Shown: one piece after another, positions 38,973 through 48,303 of the stretch
Position numbering within the stretch: the stretch's first letter is position 1
Layout of the letters: every line of letters begins with the position of its first letter
Origin: a bacterium
Lineage (GTDB): Bacteria; Electryoneota; JAOADG01
Direction: 5' to 3'
Assembly (NCBI GenBank): GCA_030247525.1
Contig: JAOTSC010000002.1
Span: forward strand, 571-64,570
DNA length: 64,000 nt
Notes under the pieces: model-generated
Databases searched by the model: none
Told to the model about the DNA's origin: nothing
Seen by the model: only the letters and a program-made list of their open reading frames with translations
Position numbers and translations under genes: made by a program

Positions 38973-39851
38973 ATGAATCGATTTCCTTTTTGGAAACTGG
39001 AAGGTACCGGTAACGACTTCATTCTATTCGATGGAATGAATGAGTCAACTCGTACCCAATTACTTACGTTATTGACGACTGAGCGGATCGTCGCACTCTG
39101 TGATCGGCACTTCGGCGTCGGCGCCGATGGCATTATTGTTCTTACTGCCGGCACGCTTGGTAAATTCCGAATGAATTACTGGAACGCTGATGGTAGTATC
39201 TCTCAGATGTGTGGAAACGGACTGCGTTGTACGGCGCACTTTGCCCGGTTGCGCGGCTATCACACCGAAACACAAGTTTACGTCGATTTACCGAGCGGCG
39301 AACAATGCGTCGAAATCGAAACCAAAGACGAGAATATTTACTGTGTAGCAATGCCGACGGCAAAGTTTGACAGAAGTTCTATTCCGATGACAGGCATTGG
39401 CGACTCCCGCACGACGATCGCTATCGGCGACCGTTCTTTCGAGGGAATCGGGGTGAATGTCGGGAACCCACATTTTATTGTACTAACTGGCGTAACGTCA
39501 CGTACATTGGCGGAAAAATTCGGCAGCATCATCGAAACCGATCCGCTGTTCCCGGAAAAAATTAATGTCGAATTCGCAGAAGTGTTGAACCGTACCGAAG
39601 TGAACCTCTGGGTTTGGGAACGCGGTTGTGGTATCACCCTTGCTTGCGGTAGTGGTGCGACGGCAACTGCGGCGGCATTGGTCAAAGTTGGCAAACTCGA
39701 TGCCGATAAACCGGTATCCATTCATTTACCGGGGGGAACTCTTTACGTTACCGTTGCATCGAACGGGGAAACGATTTCGATGTATGGACCTGCCCGTGAG
39801 GTATTTGCCGGCGAGGTCGATTTTGACGAACTAAAAGTAGGCGGGTCGTAA
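38973..39851 (+). CDS. dapF: Diaminopimelate epimerase
   Basis: NRFPFWKLEGTGNDFILFD, MCGNGLRC, VNVGNPHFIV and ERGCGITLACGSGATA signatures. Confidence 0.85.
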   Translation: MNRFPFWKLEGTGNDFILFDGMNESTRTQLLTLLTTERIVALCDRHFGVGADGIIVLTAGTLGKFRMNYWNADGSISQMCGNGLRCTAHFARLRGYHTETQVYVDLPSGEQCVEIETKDENIYCVAMPTAKFDRSSIPMTGIGDSRTTIAIGDRSFEGIGVNVGNPHFIVLTGVTSRTLAEKFGSIIETDPLFPEKINVEFAEVLNRTEVNLWVWERGCGITLACGSGATATAAALVKVGKLDADKPVSIHLPGGTLYVTVASNGETISMYGPAREVFAGEVDFDELKVGGS

Positions 39852-40618
39852 TGGGCTATCCGTTAGGAGAAGGGGTAAAAATTCTACTCATCGCGATGGG
39901 TGGAATTTTTGGTTTGGAGTGGATTCTCAACGCCGATTGGTCGATGTTCGGTATTGTTCCGGCTTTAGTCTTACGGGGACATGTTTACCAACTCGTAACC
40001 TACATGTTTCTGCACGGCGGCTTCATGCATCTATTACTGAATGCGATGGGACTGTTTTTCTTTGGACCGACGCTCGAGATGCGGTGGGGAACCGGAAAGT
40101 TTCTGCTCTTCTTCTTTGCTTCCGGCATTGTCGGTGGTTTGACAGCAACTCTCTTGTCGCCCGATTCGTTAGTTCCGATTATCGGCGCATCCGGTTCGAT
40201 CTATGGCATATTAGCAGCAAATGCGATCCTCTACCCCGATGCGATTGTGTACCTCTACATGATTATTCCCGTGAAAGCGAAGTGGCTGGTGATTGGTCTT
40301 GCTGCGATGGAATTCTTAGGACTGTGGCGCGGCGGCGGAAATACGTCCCATGAAGCACACTTGGGCGGTTTGTTTGCGGGGACCATCTTCGTGTTGGCTA
40401 CCGAACGGTATTTCGGCTACCGGATCAAACAGTGGTTCCGGAAACGAAGCTACGAGCGGGAAGCGGCGCAGCGTGAGCGCGAATGGGAACGGACAAACGC
40501 CTTGCGCAGCGAAGTCGATGAACTACTCGATAAAATCAATCGTGAAGGAAAAGACGCCCTCTCTCCAAGCGAGCGCAAGCGGTTGGACGATGCCTCTCGT
40601 AAACTGCGCGGTGAATAG
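39851..40618 (+). CDS. Rhomboid-family intramembrane serine protease
   Basis: GASGSIYGILAA (GxSG catalytic Ser) and AHLGGLFAG (catalytic His) motifs. About 6 TM helices. Charged C-terminal tail. Confidence 0.8.
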   Translation: MGYPLGEGVKILLIAMGGIFGLEWILNADWSMFGIVPALVLRGHVYQLVTYMFLHGGFMHLLLNAMGLFFFGPTLEMRWGTGKFLLFFFASGIVGGLTATLLSPDSLVPIIGASGSIYGILAANAILYPDAIVYLYMIIPVKAKWLVIGLAAMEFLGLWRGGGNTSHEAHLGGLFAGTIFVLATERYFGYRIKQWFRKRSYEREAAQREREWERTNALRSEVDELLDKINREGKDALSPSERKRLDDASRKLRGE

Positions 40619-40676
40619 TACTTGTAACCCGAGTACAATGTTTGGTTTATAGCATTGTACTCAATATCATTAGCGA

Positions 40677-40716
40677 CTCCGCCAAAGCTCGGACTTTTTG
40701 GCGGAGTTTCGTTTTA
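40677..40716 (+). terminator. Rho-independent terminator after the rhomboid gene
   Basis: 10-bp stem CTCCGCCAAA-...-TTTGGCGGAG followed by TTTCGTTTTA. Confidence 0.55.
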
Positions 40717-40836
40717 TCGAAATATCGTAAATTCACTTGAGAAATTGTTGTAAACTCGCTTGCAGTAAGTTTGATGCAATCCTTGTAAGTAAAGATTATT
40801 TAATAAGTTGTCGATAAAGAGCTAAGCCCTGAGGGA

Positions 40837-41352
40837 ATGGAGTTTCCAGAGTACCGGCAGGGTGAGTTCAACCGGATGCGTTGGGGGCTCGCGCCCTCCC
40901 CATTGCTATGGTCTCAACGCGGGGACATAGTAATGGAACTAATCAATAACAATGCTCCTGTGGAGGGGTTCACACCCGCACAGGTGCATGCGCTAACCGG
41001 CGTTCCCCCGAATACCCTGTCACGGTGGGAACGGGAATTCCGCGATTACTTACAGGCAGCGCGTACCGAAGGTGGTCATAAACGGTATGCTCCCGAGGTG
41101 ATCCAACGAATCGAAATGTTAAAGGAGATGATCCTTGACCATGGACTTTCGTTGCAGGGGGCAAAACGTCACTTGGAAGTACCGCCGCGGGAAGCAACTT
41201 CGCAAGGGGAGATCCAATCGGCAGTGAAGTCGGTGGCGTCCGAATGGGCGCAGGGCCGTACCGAGTTGCTGGACAAACTGGCGGAGCGGATGGCAAACCA
41301 TATGCTAAAGCAATTGGCGCAAGACACGCTTCCTTCGACACCTGCAGGCTAA
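40837..41352 (+). CDS. MerR-family transcriptional regulator
   Basis: HTH FTPAQVHALTGVPPNTLSRWEREF...GHKRYAPEVIQRIEMLKEMILDHGLSLQGAKRHL. The true start is probably the internal ATG 40933 (MELINNN..). Confidence 0.6.
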   Translation: MEFPEYRQGEFNRMRWGLAPSPLLWSQRGDIVMELINNNAPVEGFTPAQVHALTGVPPNTLSRWEREFRDYLQAARTEGGHKRYAPEVIQRIEMLKEMILDHGLSLQGAKRHLEVPPREATSQGEIQSAVKSVASEWAQGRTELLDKLAERMANHMLKQLAQDTLPSTPAG

Positions 41353-41373
41353 TCAACCGGTCATGCCACTAAG

Positions 41374-41402
41374 AACGCCCAATGAAAGTTGGGCGTTTTT
41401 TA
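41374..41402 (+). terminator. Rho-independent terminator
   Basis: AACGCCCA-atgaaagt-TGGGCGTT followed by TTTTTAT. Confidence 0.55.
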
Positions 41403-41495
41403 TGCAAAGTAAAAACAACATTCCCCTCTGTAAACAAAACGCTCCCTGCCGGGGTATTCCCAGTAACCAACCATTCACCCGAGAGGAGAGTTCTC

Positions 41496-41906
41496 ATGAA
41501 ATCGTTCTATAAAATCGTCTTCGTCGCGGTTCTTATTGTCGCTATCCAAGCTCTGTGCTTAGCCGAGCCAGCTGGAGATAACGCAGTAACGAAAGCCGTT
41601 GACGAAATCATAATGCCTACCCCCGATGGCGGGATGGCGGCATTAGCCAAGCAAATCAAGTATCCCGATGCGGCGCGCAAAGAAGGCATCACCGGAACGG
41701 TGTATGTCTCCGCGGTGATTGCGAAAGATGGCACCGTTACCAAGACGACCATCGAAAAAGGAGTGAATAACGAGCTGGACGCGGCGGCTGTGGAGGCGAT
41801 AACCGCAACAAAATGGATTCCGGCGAAAAAAGCGGGGGAAGCCGTCGAAGTATCGGTTACGATACCAATTTCCTTTAAATTAGATTGCAAGGACAAAGTG
41901 AAGTAA
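41496..41906 (+). CDS. Small periplasmic TonB C-terminal-domain protein
   Basis: RBS GAGAGGAGAG precedes ATG 41496. Signal peptide, then the TonB_C fold motif (KYPDAARKEGITGTVYVSAVIAKDGTV...LDAAAVEAITATKWIPAKKAGEAV). No Pro-rich spacer or TM anchor. Confidence 0.6.
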   Translation: MKSFYKIVFVAVLIVAIQALCLAEPAGDNAVTKAVDEIIMPTPDGGMAALAKQIKYPDAARKEGITGTVYVSAVIAKDGTVTKTTIEKGVNNELDAAAVEAITATKWIPAKKAGEAVEVSVTIPISFKLDCKDKVK

Positions 41907-42019
41907 TCGCTCGATACTCGCACTCGATGTACAATTAGTGCACTCAGCGTTTGCCGCTTGGACGCTGCAAAAAAACAACGCGAAGTCTTTGCGAGTCGTC
42001 ATTCTAAAAGGATAGCAGC

Positions 42020-42538
42020 ATCCCACCACTACCGGACATCATCGCCGCCATTCTTGGCGGCGATTCCGAGCAGTATCGTAACGTCATCCGGGAATGGCGC
42101 GACGAGCTGCTGAAAACGGCGTATCATTTTACCGGTAGTTGGGACGATGCGGAAGACATCACCCAAACGACATTTATTAAAGCATATTACAACTTGGCAA
42201 AATTCGATGTGAGTCGTCCATTTCGCCCGTGGTTGTTTCAGATTCATCTGAATAATTGCCGTAGCTTTTATCGCCGGCGGCGATGGGAACTACTCTTGCG
42301 GATGCCGTTGCAGAAGGCGGAGGCGAAGCTAACTGGCAAGGCAGCAGACCCCGATAGCGAAGAGAAAATCCGTGCGCAGATTGATCGGCTTTCGTGGCAG
42401 CAACGTGCGGCATTTCTACTGCACGAAGTGGAAGGGTATCCGCCTGAAGAATGCGCAGAGTCGATGAAGTGCTCGGTCGCAACGTTCCGGGTTCATCTGT
42501 TTCGCGCGAAGCAGACCCTGCAAAAACGATTACGTTAA
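42020..42538 (+). CDS. ECF-type sigma-70 factor lacking a canonical start codon
   Basis: Region 2 (AEDITQTTFIKAYYNLAKFD...FRPWLFQIHLNNC) lies upstream of the annotated ATG 42194. Region 4 is LSWQQRAAFLLHEVEGYPPEECAESMKCSVATFRVHLFRAKQTL. Between the in-frame stop at 42005 and region 2 there is no ATG/GTG/TTG, only ATC/ATT codons, so the start is uncertain. Confidence 0.6.
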   Translation: MPPLPDIIAAILGGDSEQYRNVIREWRDELLKTAYHFTGSWDDAEDITQTTFIKAYYNLAKFDVSRPFRPWLFQIHLNNCRSFYRRRRWELLLRMPLQKAEAKLTGKAADPDSEEKIRAQIDRLSWQQRAAFLLHEVEGYPPEECAESMKCSVATFRVHLFRAKQTLQKRLR

Positions 42539-42551
42539 ATAGGTATTACCG

Positions 42552-42875
42552 ATGAAACGATGGAATGATTTTCTCGACCAGCGTCGCGCCGATGTCCCGC
42601 CCCCCTTTTCGGGCAAACGGGTCGAACGCAACGTTATGGCTGCGATTACCGGAAACCTCCGCTCTTACAAACCGCAACGTTCCCGTGCTGTTCCGTTTGT
42701 TCTGGTCGGTTCGACGCTTGTTATAATGCTTTTCGTGATAGGGTTACTCCAGCATAGACCGCGACCGCAGGAATTGAGTGCTGTCAGCGCTTATTCCGCA
42801 GTAGCGGTAACCAGCGGCGACCATACCGCAATTTGGCTCTTTCCCGAAAACACACCAGGCAAACAAGGGGAGTGA
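42552..42875 (+). CDS. Putative anti-sigma factor (single-pass membrane protein)
   Basis: Immediately downstream of the ECF sigma. One TM (VPFVLVGSTLVIMLFVIGLL). No other domain. Confidence 0.4.
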   Translation: MKRWNDFLDQRRADVPPPFSGKRVERNVMAAITGNLRSYKPQRSRAVPFVLVGSTLVIMLFVIGLLQHRPRPQELSAVSAYSAVAVTSGDHTAIWLFPENTPGKQGE

Positions 42876-42877
42876 AC

Positions 42878-43909
42878 ATGAAACATCTAAACATAAAACT
42901 ACTCTTGTTGGCACTGGGTTTGTTGCTGTGCGTTGGCTGCGAGCGCATCGGCGCTCCCGCGAAGTATCTCATTTCCGCCCGGGTCACCAGTTTCGCCACT
43001 CAAAGCGGTTCCAGTCAAATTCACTTTCCCGTGATGGCACAACGCATCGGCAGCGACGAATTGGTGCGCGAAATCGATGAAGCGGAATACTATTATAAGA
43101 AGCTGTCGGCACTCTACGATTTTAAAACTTTCGCCCTGCTTGGCACCCAATCGCTGGATACAGTTTTGCAAGGAGAAGCGTCATTACCAAACCCGGTAAC
43201 GCTACTGCCCGCCAAGTTATCGGGCACAAAAGTCACGGTGAAACTGCTCGCCATCAATGCGAAAAAGGGGGAGTTTCAGTGGTCGATGCAGGATAGCGGG
43301 AAATCGGACAAACAGTATTTTTTTCCGGTGGAAAACGGGAAATCGTCCTCAATTGGCGTCATCGTCGATTCATTGAAAAATGCTGGTGTGTTAACCGTGG
43401 TATCGTTCTGGGTAATGCCCATCGATAAGAAGACTACCCCGGAAATGGTGAAGCAGTTTCTCGCCTCCAAGAATCGCGTCAAAAACCCGGCAAATCCGAT
43501 TCTTAGCGAATTCAGCGAGACCGACCAATCTCTGCTTGATCAGTTATTCGGGGCAGGCAAACTGAATCTCCCGATGCCTGCGAGAACCGATTCACTGTCC
43601 GAAAAGGAAGTACCCTTCATTAACCTCGACCAACCGCCGCTCCCGATTGGTGGCATGAGCGCCATCGCCAAGCGGTTTCACTATCCCGACATCGCGCGCG
43701 ATAAACAGATACAGGGGACGGTTTTTCTTTCGTTACTCATCGATTCCACCGGAAAGATTGCCCGTAAAAAAATCCTCCGCGGCGTTCATCCCGAGCTGGA
43801 TCGAGCGGCATTAGCGTGTATCGATTCGGTGCAATTCTCGCAACCGAGAGCGGCGAATAAACCGGTAAACGCGTGGGTAACGCTTCCCATTTCCTTCCGC
43901 TTACAGTAA
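42878..43909 (+). CDS. Lipoprotein with C-terminal TonB-like domain
   Basis: Lipobox (LLLCVGC). C-terminal TonB_C motif (IGGMSAIAKRFHYPDIARDKQIQGTVFLSLLIDSTGKI...LDRAALACIDSVQFSQPRAANKPVNAWVTLPISFRL). Confidence 0.6.
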   Translation: MKHLNIKLLLLALGLLLCVGCERIGAPAKYLISARVTSFATQSGSSQIHFPVMAQRIGSDELVREIDEAEYYYKKLSALYDFKTFALLGTQSLDTVLQGEASLPNPVTLLPAKLSGTKVTVKLLAINAKKGEFQWSMQDSGKSDKQYFFPVENGKSSSIGVIVDSLKNAGVLTVVSFWVMPIDKKTTPEMVKQFLASKNRVKNPANPILSEFSETDQSLLDQLFGAGKLNLPMPARTDSLSEKEVPFINLDQPPLPIGGMSAIAKRFHYPDIARDKQIQGTVFLSLLIDSTGKIARKKILRGVHPELDRAALACIDSVQFSQPRAANKPVNAWVTLPISFRLQ

Positions 43910-43942
43910 AAAAAAGAGGTGCGGTCACCGCACCTCTTTTAT
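43909..43942. terminator. Bidirectional rho-independent terminator between convergent genes
   Basis: AAAAAAGAGGTGCGG-tca-CCGCACCTCTTTT, A-tract on one side and T-tract on the other. Confidence 0.6.
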
Positions 43943-43960
43943 GAATGTTCAAACCGAAAA

Positions 43961-44974
43961 TCAGTCGTTCAATGGCAATCCGAGGCTCTCATCGCCATGA
44001 AAACAGACCCGGTTCCGACCAGTTTGCTTCGCTTTGTATAACGCTTTGTCCGCCGCCTCAACCAATGTTTCAACATCTCTGCCGTCGTCGCCGAAGGTGG
44101 CGACTCCCATCGACATCGTGAGATCGCCCTGCGGCTGTTTCTCTTCGTGAGCAAATTGATATTCTTGAATCATTTTCCGTAACGACTCGGCGACTCGAAT
44201 TGCTGCATGTTTTGCCGTCATCGGAAGCACGAGCAGAAACTCCTCACCGCCGTATCGCGCCGGTATATCGCTCGCTCGTAAACGAGTGCGCATAATTGTC
44301 GCAATCGACCGCAGAACTTCATCACCTGCGGGATGTCCAAAATTATCGTTATAATGTTTAAAGAAGTCGACATCGCACATTACAATCGAAAGTGGTTCTT
44401 CAAACCGAATGACACGGGCAACTTCTTTCGATAAGATATCATTCAACTCGCGGCGGTTTGCGAGTCCTGTCAACCCGTCGGTGGTTGCCAACGATTGCAG
44501 CCGGCGGTTTTGCGTGAGCAGCGTCTTTATCTGCTGCTTCAGCTCTTCTTTATCCTCTTGCTCTGCGAGTTCAGCGTCGTGGACTTGTTCCATGTGATAA
44601 TGAATTTCCTGCACAGTGCAGATGTGTAGCACGACCTCCACTATCCGGGCAATATCGCACTTGATAGATACCAACCGACTGATGACACCGGCTTCTACCA
44701 GCGGTAGCAATTGTTGCCATTCTGAATCCTGAAACAAACAAAGCCGTTCACAAGACGTTTGTTGTGGTGAAAAGGTTTCGACAATTTCCCTGCGATACTT
44801 TTCGGCATAATCGAAAGACATTAAGATTGTCGAATAGGAAGAGTCTTTTAGACACTCCTCAACAGAATGCTCCGAACTCGGAACCACAATCGACGCTCGG
44901 TGACTCAACACTTGGTTGAGTTGAGTTCGCAATGCATCATCGGTAACTATGAGTAATATGCGAGCGGTCTTCAT
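43961..44974 (-). CDS. GGDEF-domain diguanylate cyclase with N-terminal receiver-like domain
   Basis: DGLTGLANRREL and RYGGEEFLLVLP (GGEEF active site) motifs. N-terminal REC-like domain. Confidence 0.8.
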   Translation of the reverse strand: MKTARILLIVTDDALRTQLNQVLSHRASIVVPSSEHSVEECLKDSSYSTILMSFDYAEKYRREIVETFSPQQTSCERLCLFQDSEWQQLLPLVEAGVISRLVSIKCDIARIVEVVLHICTVQEIHYHMEQVHDAELAEQEDKEELKQQIKTLLTQNRRLQSLATTDGLTGLANRRELNDILSKEVARVIRFEEPLSIVMCDVDFFKHYNDNFGHPAGDEVLRSIATIMRTRLRASDIPARYGGEEFLLVLPMTAKHAAIRVAESLRKMIQEYQFAHEEKQPQGDLTMSMGVATFGDDGRDVETLVEAADKALYKAKQTGRNRVCFHGDESLGLPLND

Positions 44975-45576
44975 GATCCAGAGCTCCTCGCTTCGGGTGG
45001 TAGTATCGCAACGTATGGCAAGTCTCGATGTTGTTCGGCATAATCCAAACCATAGCCAACAACAAAGTGATCGTCGATGGGAAATCCGACAAAATCCGCC
45101 GTCATCGGCACATTCCGCCGCGATGGTTTATCCAGCAATACGACAACATGACAAGAAGCCGGGTTCTCTTTGAGGATTTGCTCTTTCACCTTCGAGAGTG
45201 TTAGACCGGTGTCAAGAATGTCGTCGATTAGCAGCACCCGTTTCCCGGTAAGTGGTGATTTTCCCAGCCAATGCATCGTAACCTGACCAGTCGAATACGT
45301 GCCAGCGCCATAACTGGAAGCGATTAAAAACTCTATCTCCGATGAAACACCGTGTTGCGACAGTGATCGGATAAGGTCTGCCGCAAAAACAAATGCCCCT
45401 TTTAACAAAGCGACAACGACGATTGGTTGTGTTCCGAGCGTCGAAACGATTTCACCGGCGAGCGCTTTAACTCGCTGGGCTAACTCAGATGGTTCGATAA
45501 GGGGAGGGAACTGATAGTGCAAATCGGTTTCCAAGATAACTCCAACAATGCATCCCGGTCTATTTCGAGTATGCAA
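44971..45576 (-). CDS. hpt: Hypoxanthine-guanine phosphoribosyltransferase
   Basis: PRTase motif VLLIDDILDTGLTLS and the HGPRT signature FVVGYGLDYAEQHRDLPYVA. Confidence 0.75.
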   Translation of the reverse strand: MHTRNRPGCIVGVILETDLHYQFPPLIEPSELAQRVKALAGEIVSTLGTQPIVVVALLKGAFVFAADLIRSLSQHGVSSEIEFLIASSYGAGTYSTGQVTMHWLGKSPLTGKRVLLIDDILDTGLTLSKVKEQILKENPASCHVVVLLDKPSRRNVPMTADFVGFPIDDHFVVGYGLDYAEQHRDLPYVAILPPEARSSGS

Positions 45577-45816
45577 ACGAGTAATGCGGGAACCAAACTG
45601 GATGGTTGCCGCTGGTCAATATGTACTTGCGCGTTGTCACAAAGGTAGAATCGACTTTGTACTGGATTCGTCGTATTGTACATTTCCAAGATTAGAAAGT
45701 ACAATGTGAAGTAACGTCGATTAACATAGTCACTACAATAGTACTACAAACTTCTGTAGTCAAGTATTGTGACGCGATATTCACATGAATAGTGTCTTTT
45801 GTTTGAAGGAGTGACA

Positions 45817-46170
45817 ATGAAAGTATCTACCATCTGGTATTGGGTAAGCGATTTAGAGAGCATGACCGCGTTTTACCGTGATCTGCTTGGTTTTCAACTA
45901 AAACGTCTCGACGATGAAGGGGGTTGGGCAGAACTCACTTCCGATAATGGCGTAAACATTGGACTTAACCGGGTCGATGACGAAGACGAGTTGGAAACCG
46001 GAATCGGCGCGGTGCTAACACTGGAAGTTACCGATCTGGATAGTTTTCACAGCCTACTCGTCAAGAATGATATCGAAGTCACCGAAATTGAAGCGGTGCC
46101 GGGTGATGTTACCCTATTCAATTTCTGGGATCCCGAAGGAAATCCGTTGCAGGCAATGAAACCGCGGTAA
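45817..46170 (+). CDS. VOC/glyoxalase-family protein
   Basis: Glyoxalase-like beta-alpha-beta-beta-beta modules (WYWVSDLESMTAFYRDLLGF...). Start taken at the internal ATG with RBS GAAGGAG. Confidence 0.6.
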   Translation: MKVSTIWYWVSDLESMTAFYRDLLGFQLKRLDDEGGWAELTSDNGVNIGLNRVDDEDELETGIGAVLTLEVTDLDSFHSLLVKNDIEVTEIEAVPGDVTLFNFWDPEGNPLQAMKPR

Positions 46171-46193
46171 GAGCACTATTCACATACAATGGC

Positions 46194-46991
46194 ATGCTAA
46201 CACAACCATCCGATAACACGATAGCGCTTACTACCTGCGAACTTTCAAAAAGCTTCGGCGGTGTTCATGCCGTAAGAAAGCTATCGATTGAGGTACCGGC
46301 TGGTCAGATTTTCGGAATTCTCGGACCGAACGGTTCCGGGAAGACAACGCTGTTTAATTTGATCAGCGGCATTACGAAAGCCGACCACGGAGAAATCGAA
46401 ATCTTCGGTAAGCGAGTTACCGGGCTTCCTCCGCATCGAATGGCGGAAGCTGGTTTGGCGCGAACCTTTCAAAATCTTCGTCTGTTTGCCGGGATGTCGG
46501 TGTTGGAAAATGTTCTGACCGGTGGGCACCGTACCGTTCCCACTGGTTTTCTTGCCGCCGCTGGTCACACTCGGCGGCATCGAGAATCCGAAAAGGCATT
46601 ATTGCAACGCGGTCGAGAACTTCTAACAAAGGTGAGTCTCCACGATCAACAGCATCAAATCGCTTCACAGCTCCCGTATGGCGCTGCCCGCCGGTTGGAA
46701 ATCGCCCGGGCGCTCATGACACAACCCCGCTTGTTACTGCTCGATGAACCGGCAGCGGGGATGAATCCACAGGAAGCTCAGCAATTAGCGATCTTGATTC
46801 GCGACATTATTGCGATGGGAATCACCGTAATGGTCATCGAACATAATGTGCGGCTCATGGTTACGCTGTGCGATTACATCGTCGTACTCGATCACGGGGA
46901 AAAGATTGCGGAAGGAACTCCGGAAGCGATTGTACAACATCCCGCGGTGATTGAAGCATACCTCGGAGCACCGGAGGCAGTTGCCTCATGA
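46194..46991 (+). CDS. livG: ABC transporter ATP-binding protein (LivG-like)
   Basis: Walker A GPNGSGKTT, ABC signature LSYGAARRLEIARAL, Walker B LLLDEPAAG. Confidence 0.75.
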   Translation: MLTQPSDNTIALTTCELSKSFGGVHAVRKLSIEVPAGQIFGILGPNGSGKTTLFNLISGITKADHGEIEIFGKRVTGLPPHRMAEAGLARTFQNLRLFAGMSVLENVLTGGHRTVPTGFLAAAGHTRRHRESEKALLQRGRELLTKVSLHDQQHQIASQLPYGAARRLEIARALMTQPRLLLLDEPAAGMNPQEAQQLAILIRDIIAMGITVMVIEHNVRLMVTLCDYIVVLDHGEKIAEGTPEAIVQHPAVIEAYLGAPEAVAS

Positions 46992-47701
46992 GTGACGATT
47001 TACTGACAGTCGACGGCTTAACGGTCATGTATGGCGGCATCATTGCGGTACGGGACATTGCATTCACTGTGGCGAAGGGGGAAATCGTTGCCCTGTTAGG
47101 CGCGAACGGTGCGGGAAAAAGCTCCACGTTACAGGCGGTAGCCGGCGCGGTCTCCGCAACCGGTGCCGTTCGGCTTCGGAACGAAGAGATTCAGACCCTG
47201 ACCCCTGCCGAACGGGTAGCGAAGGGGATTGTGTTGTGTCCCGAAGGGCGAAGAATTTTCCCCTATTTAACCGTACAGGAAAATCTTCTTGCTGGCGCAT
47301 TTCTAAGTAAAAGTCCTAAGGAAACCGCGGAACGGATGGAATACGGGCTGTCGTTGTTTCCCTTGTTGCGCGAACGGTTGCAACAGCCGGGACGAACCCT
47401 CTCCGGCGGTGAGCAGCAAATGTTAGCGATTGCCCGCGCTTTGATGGCGAATCCTGAACTATTGCTACTCGACGAGCCTTCGTTGGGTCTTGCCCCAGTC
47501 GTAGCGAAAACTATTTTTCATACTCTCAATGCTTTGCGGGATGCCGGTGTCAGTCTATTGTTGGTAGAACAGAATGCCAACGCAGCGTTAAAGCTTGCTG
47601 ACCGTGCCTATGTGCTGGAAACTGGAATTATCACCCATAATGGCGCTGCCGATGAACTCGCCCGCAACGTCGAAGTCCGAAAAGCGTATCTTGGCGGGTA
47701 G
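46988..47701 (+). CDS. livF: ABC transporter ATP-binding protein (LivF-like)
   Basis: Walker A GANGAGKSS, signature LSGGEQQMLAIARAL, Walker B LLLDEPSLGLAP. 4-nt overlap with upstream ATPase gene. Confidence 0.75.
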   Translation: MSDDLLTVDGLTVMYGGIIAVRDIAFTVAKGEIVALLGANGAGKSSTLQAVAGAVSATGAVRLRNEEIQTLTPAERVAKGIVLCPEGRRIFPYLTVQENLLAGAFLSKSPKETAERMEYGLSLFPLLRERLQQPGRTLSGGEQQMLAIARALMANPELLLLDEPSLGLAPVVAKTIFHTLNALRDAGVSLLLVEQNANAALKLADRAYVLETGIITHNGAADELARNVEVRKAYLGG

Positions 47702-48303
47702 TTATTCATTCGATATCGGTTTAACTCCATCCTTAGCAAACCTCTCCCCTCCCAGAGTGTTAACTTCCGAATTCTGAAACTCTTAGAGCACATACCTCAT
47801 CAAATCAGCCCGCCATCCCGCTTCAGTCTGCTCAAACTGCCACTTGAAAGCGTCTCAAAACCGTCAATTTGGAAACAAAGGCAATGCCTACGTACAACTA
47901 ACAACGCAAGTGGTCGATAATGTATGCTTGTTAAGCTAACATTTTACTAACAACCACCCCTGTTTATGAGAATAAGTGTAGTTAATGTTATGTAATATCA
48001 ACTATTTATAATAAGCAGTAAGAAAACTTGCTTTTCGGTTGACTTCGATTAGCTTAGCAGGAATTCAAGGGCGGAAGAATCAAAACTCGATACTCAAAAA
48101 CGATCACTTGTTGAGAGTCTCTGTGTTTTCATTCGGCCATAACCACTGACTTTTTTCAACCATAACTACTGAATGAGTATTTACCATTCACACGAATCGA
48201 CAAAGTGTAATTGGAAGTGCGAATGGGAAGATTTTCGTTTTAGAAATACACCTAAATCGATAGCAATAAAGTAATTGAATTAGTCCTAACTTTTGGGGGA
48301 TAT

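Noticed and set aside
47702-48303. 600-bp AT-rich non-coding region, considered as a possible ncRNA or CRISPR leader
   Set aside because: No direct repeats, no conserved RNA motif that I can recognise, and no cas genes. It is most likely a promoter/regulatory spacer for the T9SS beta-helix gene. An Rfam scan would be needed to say more.
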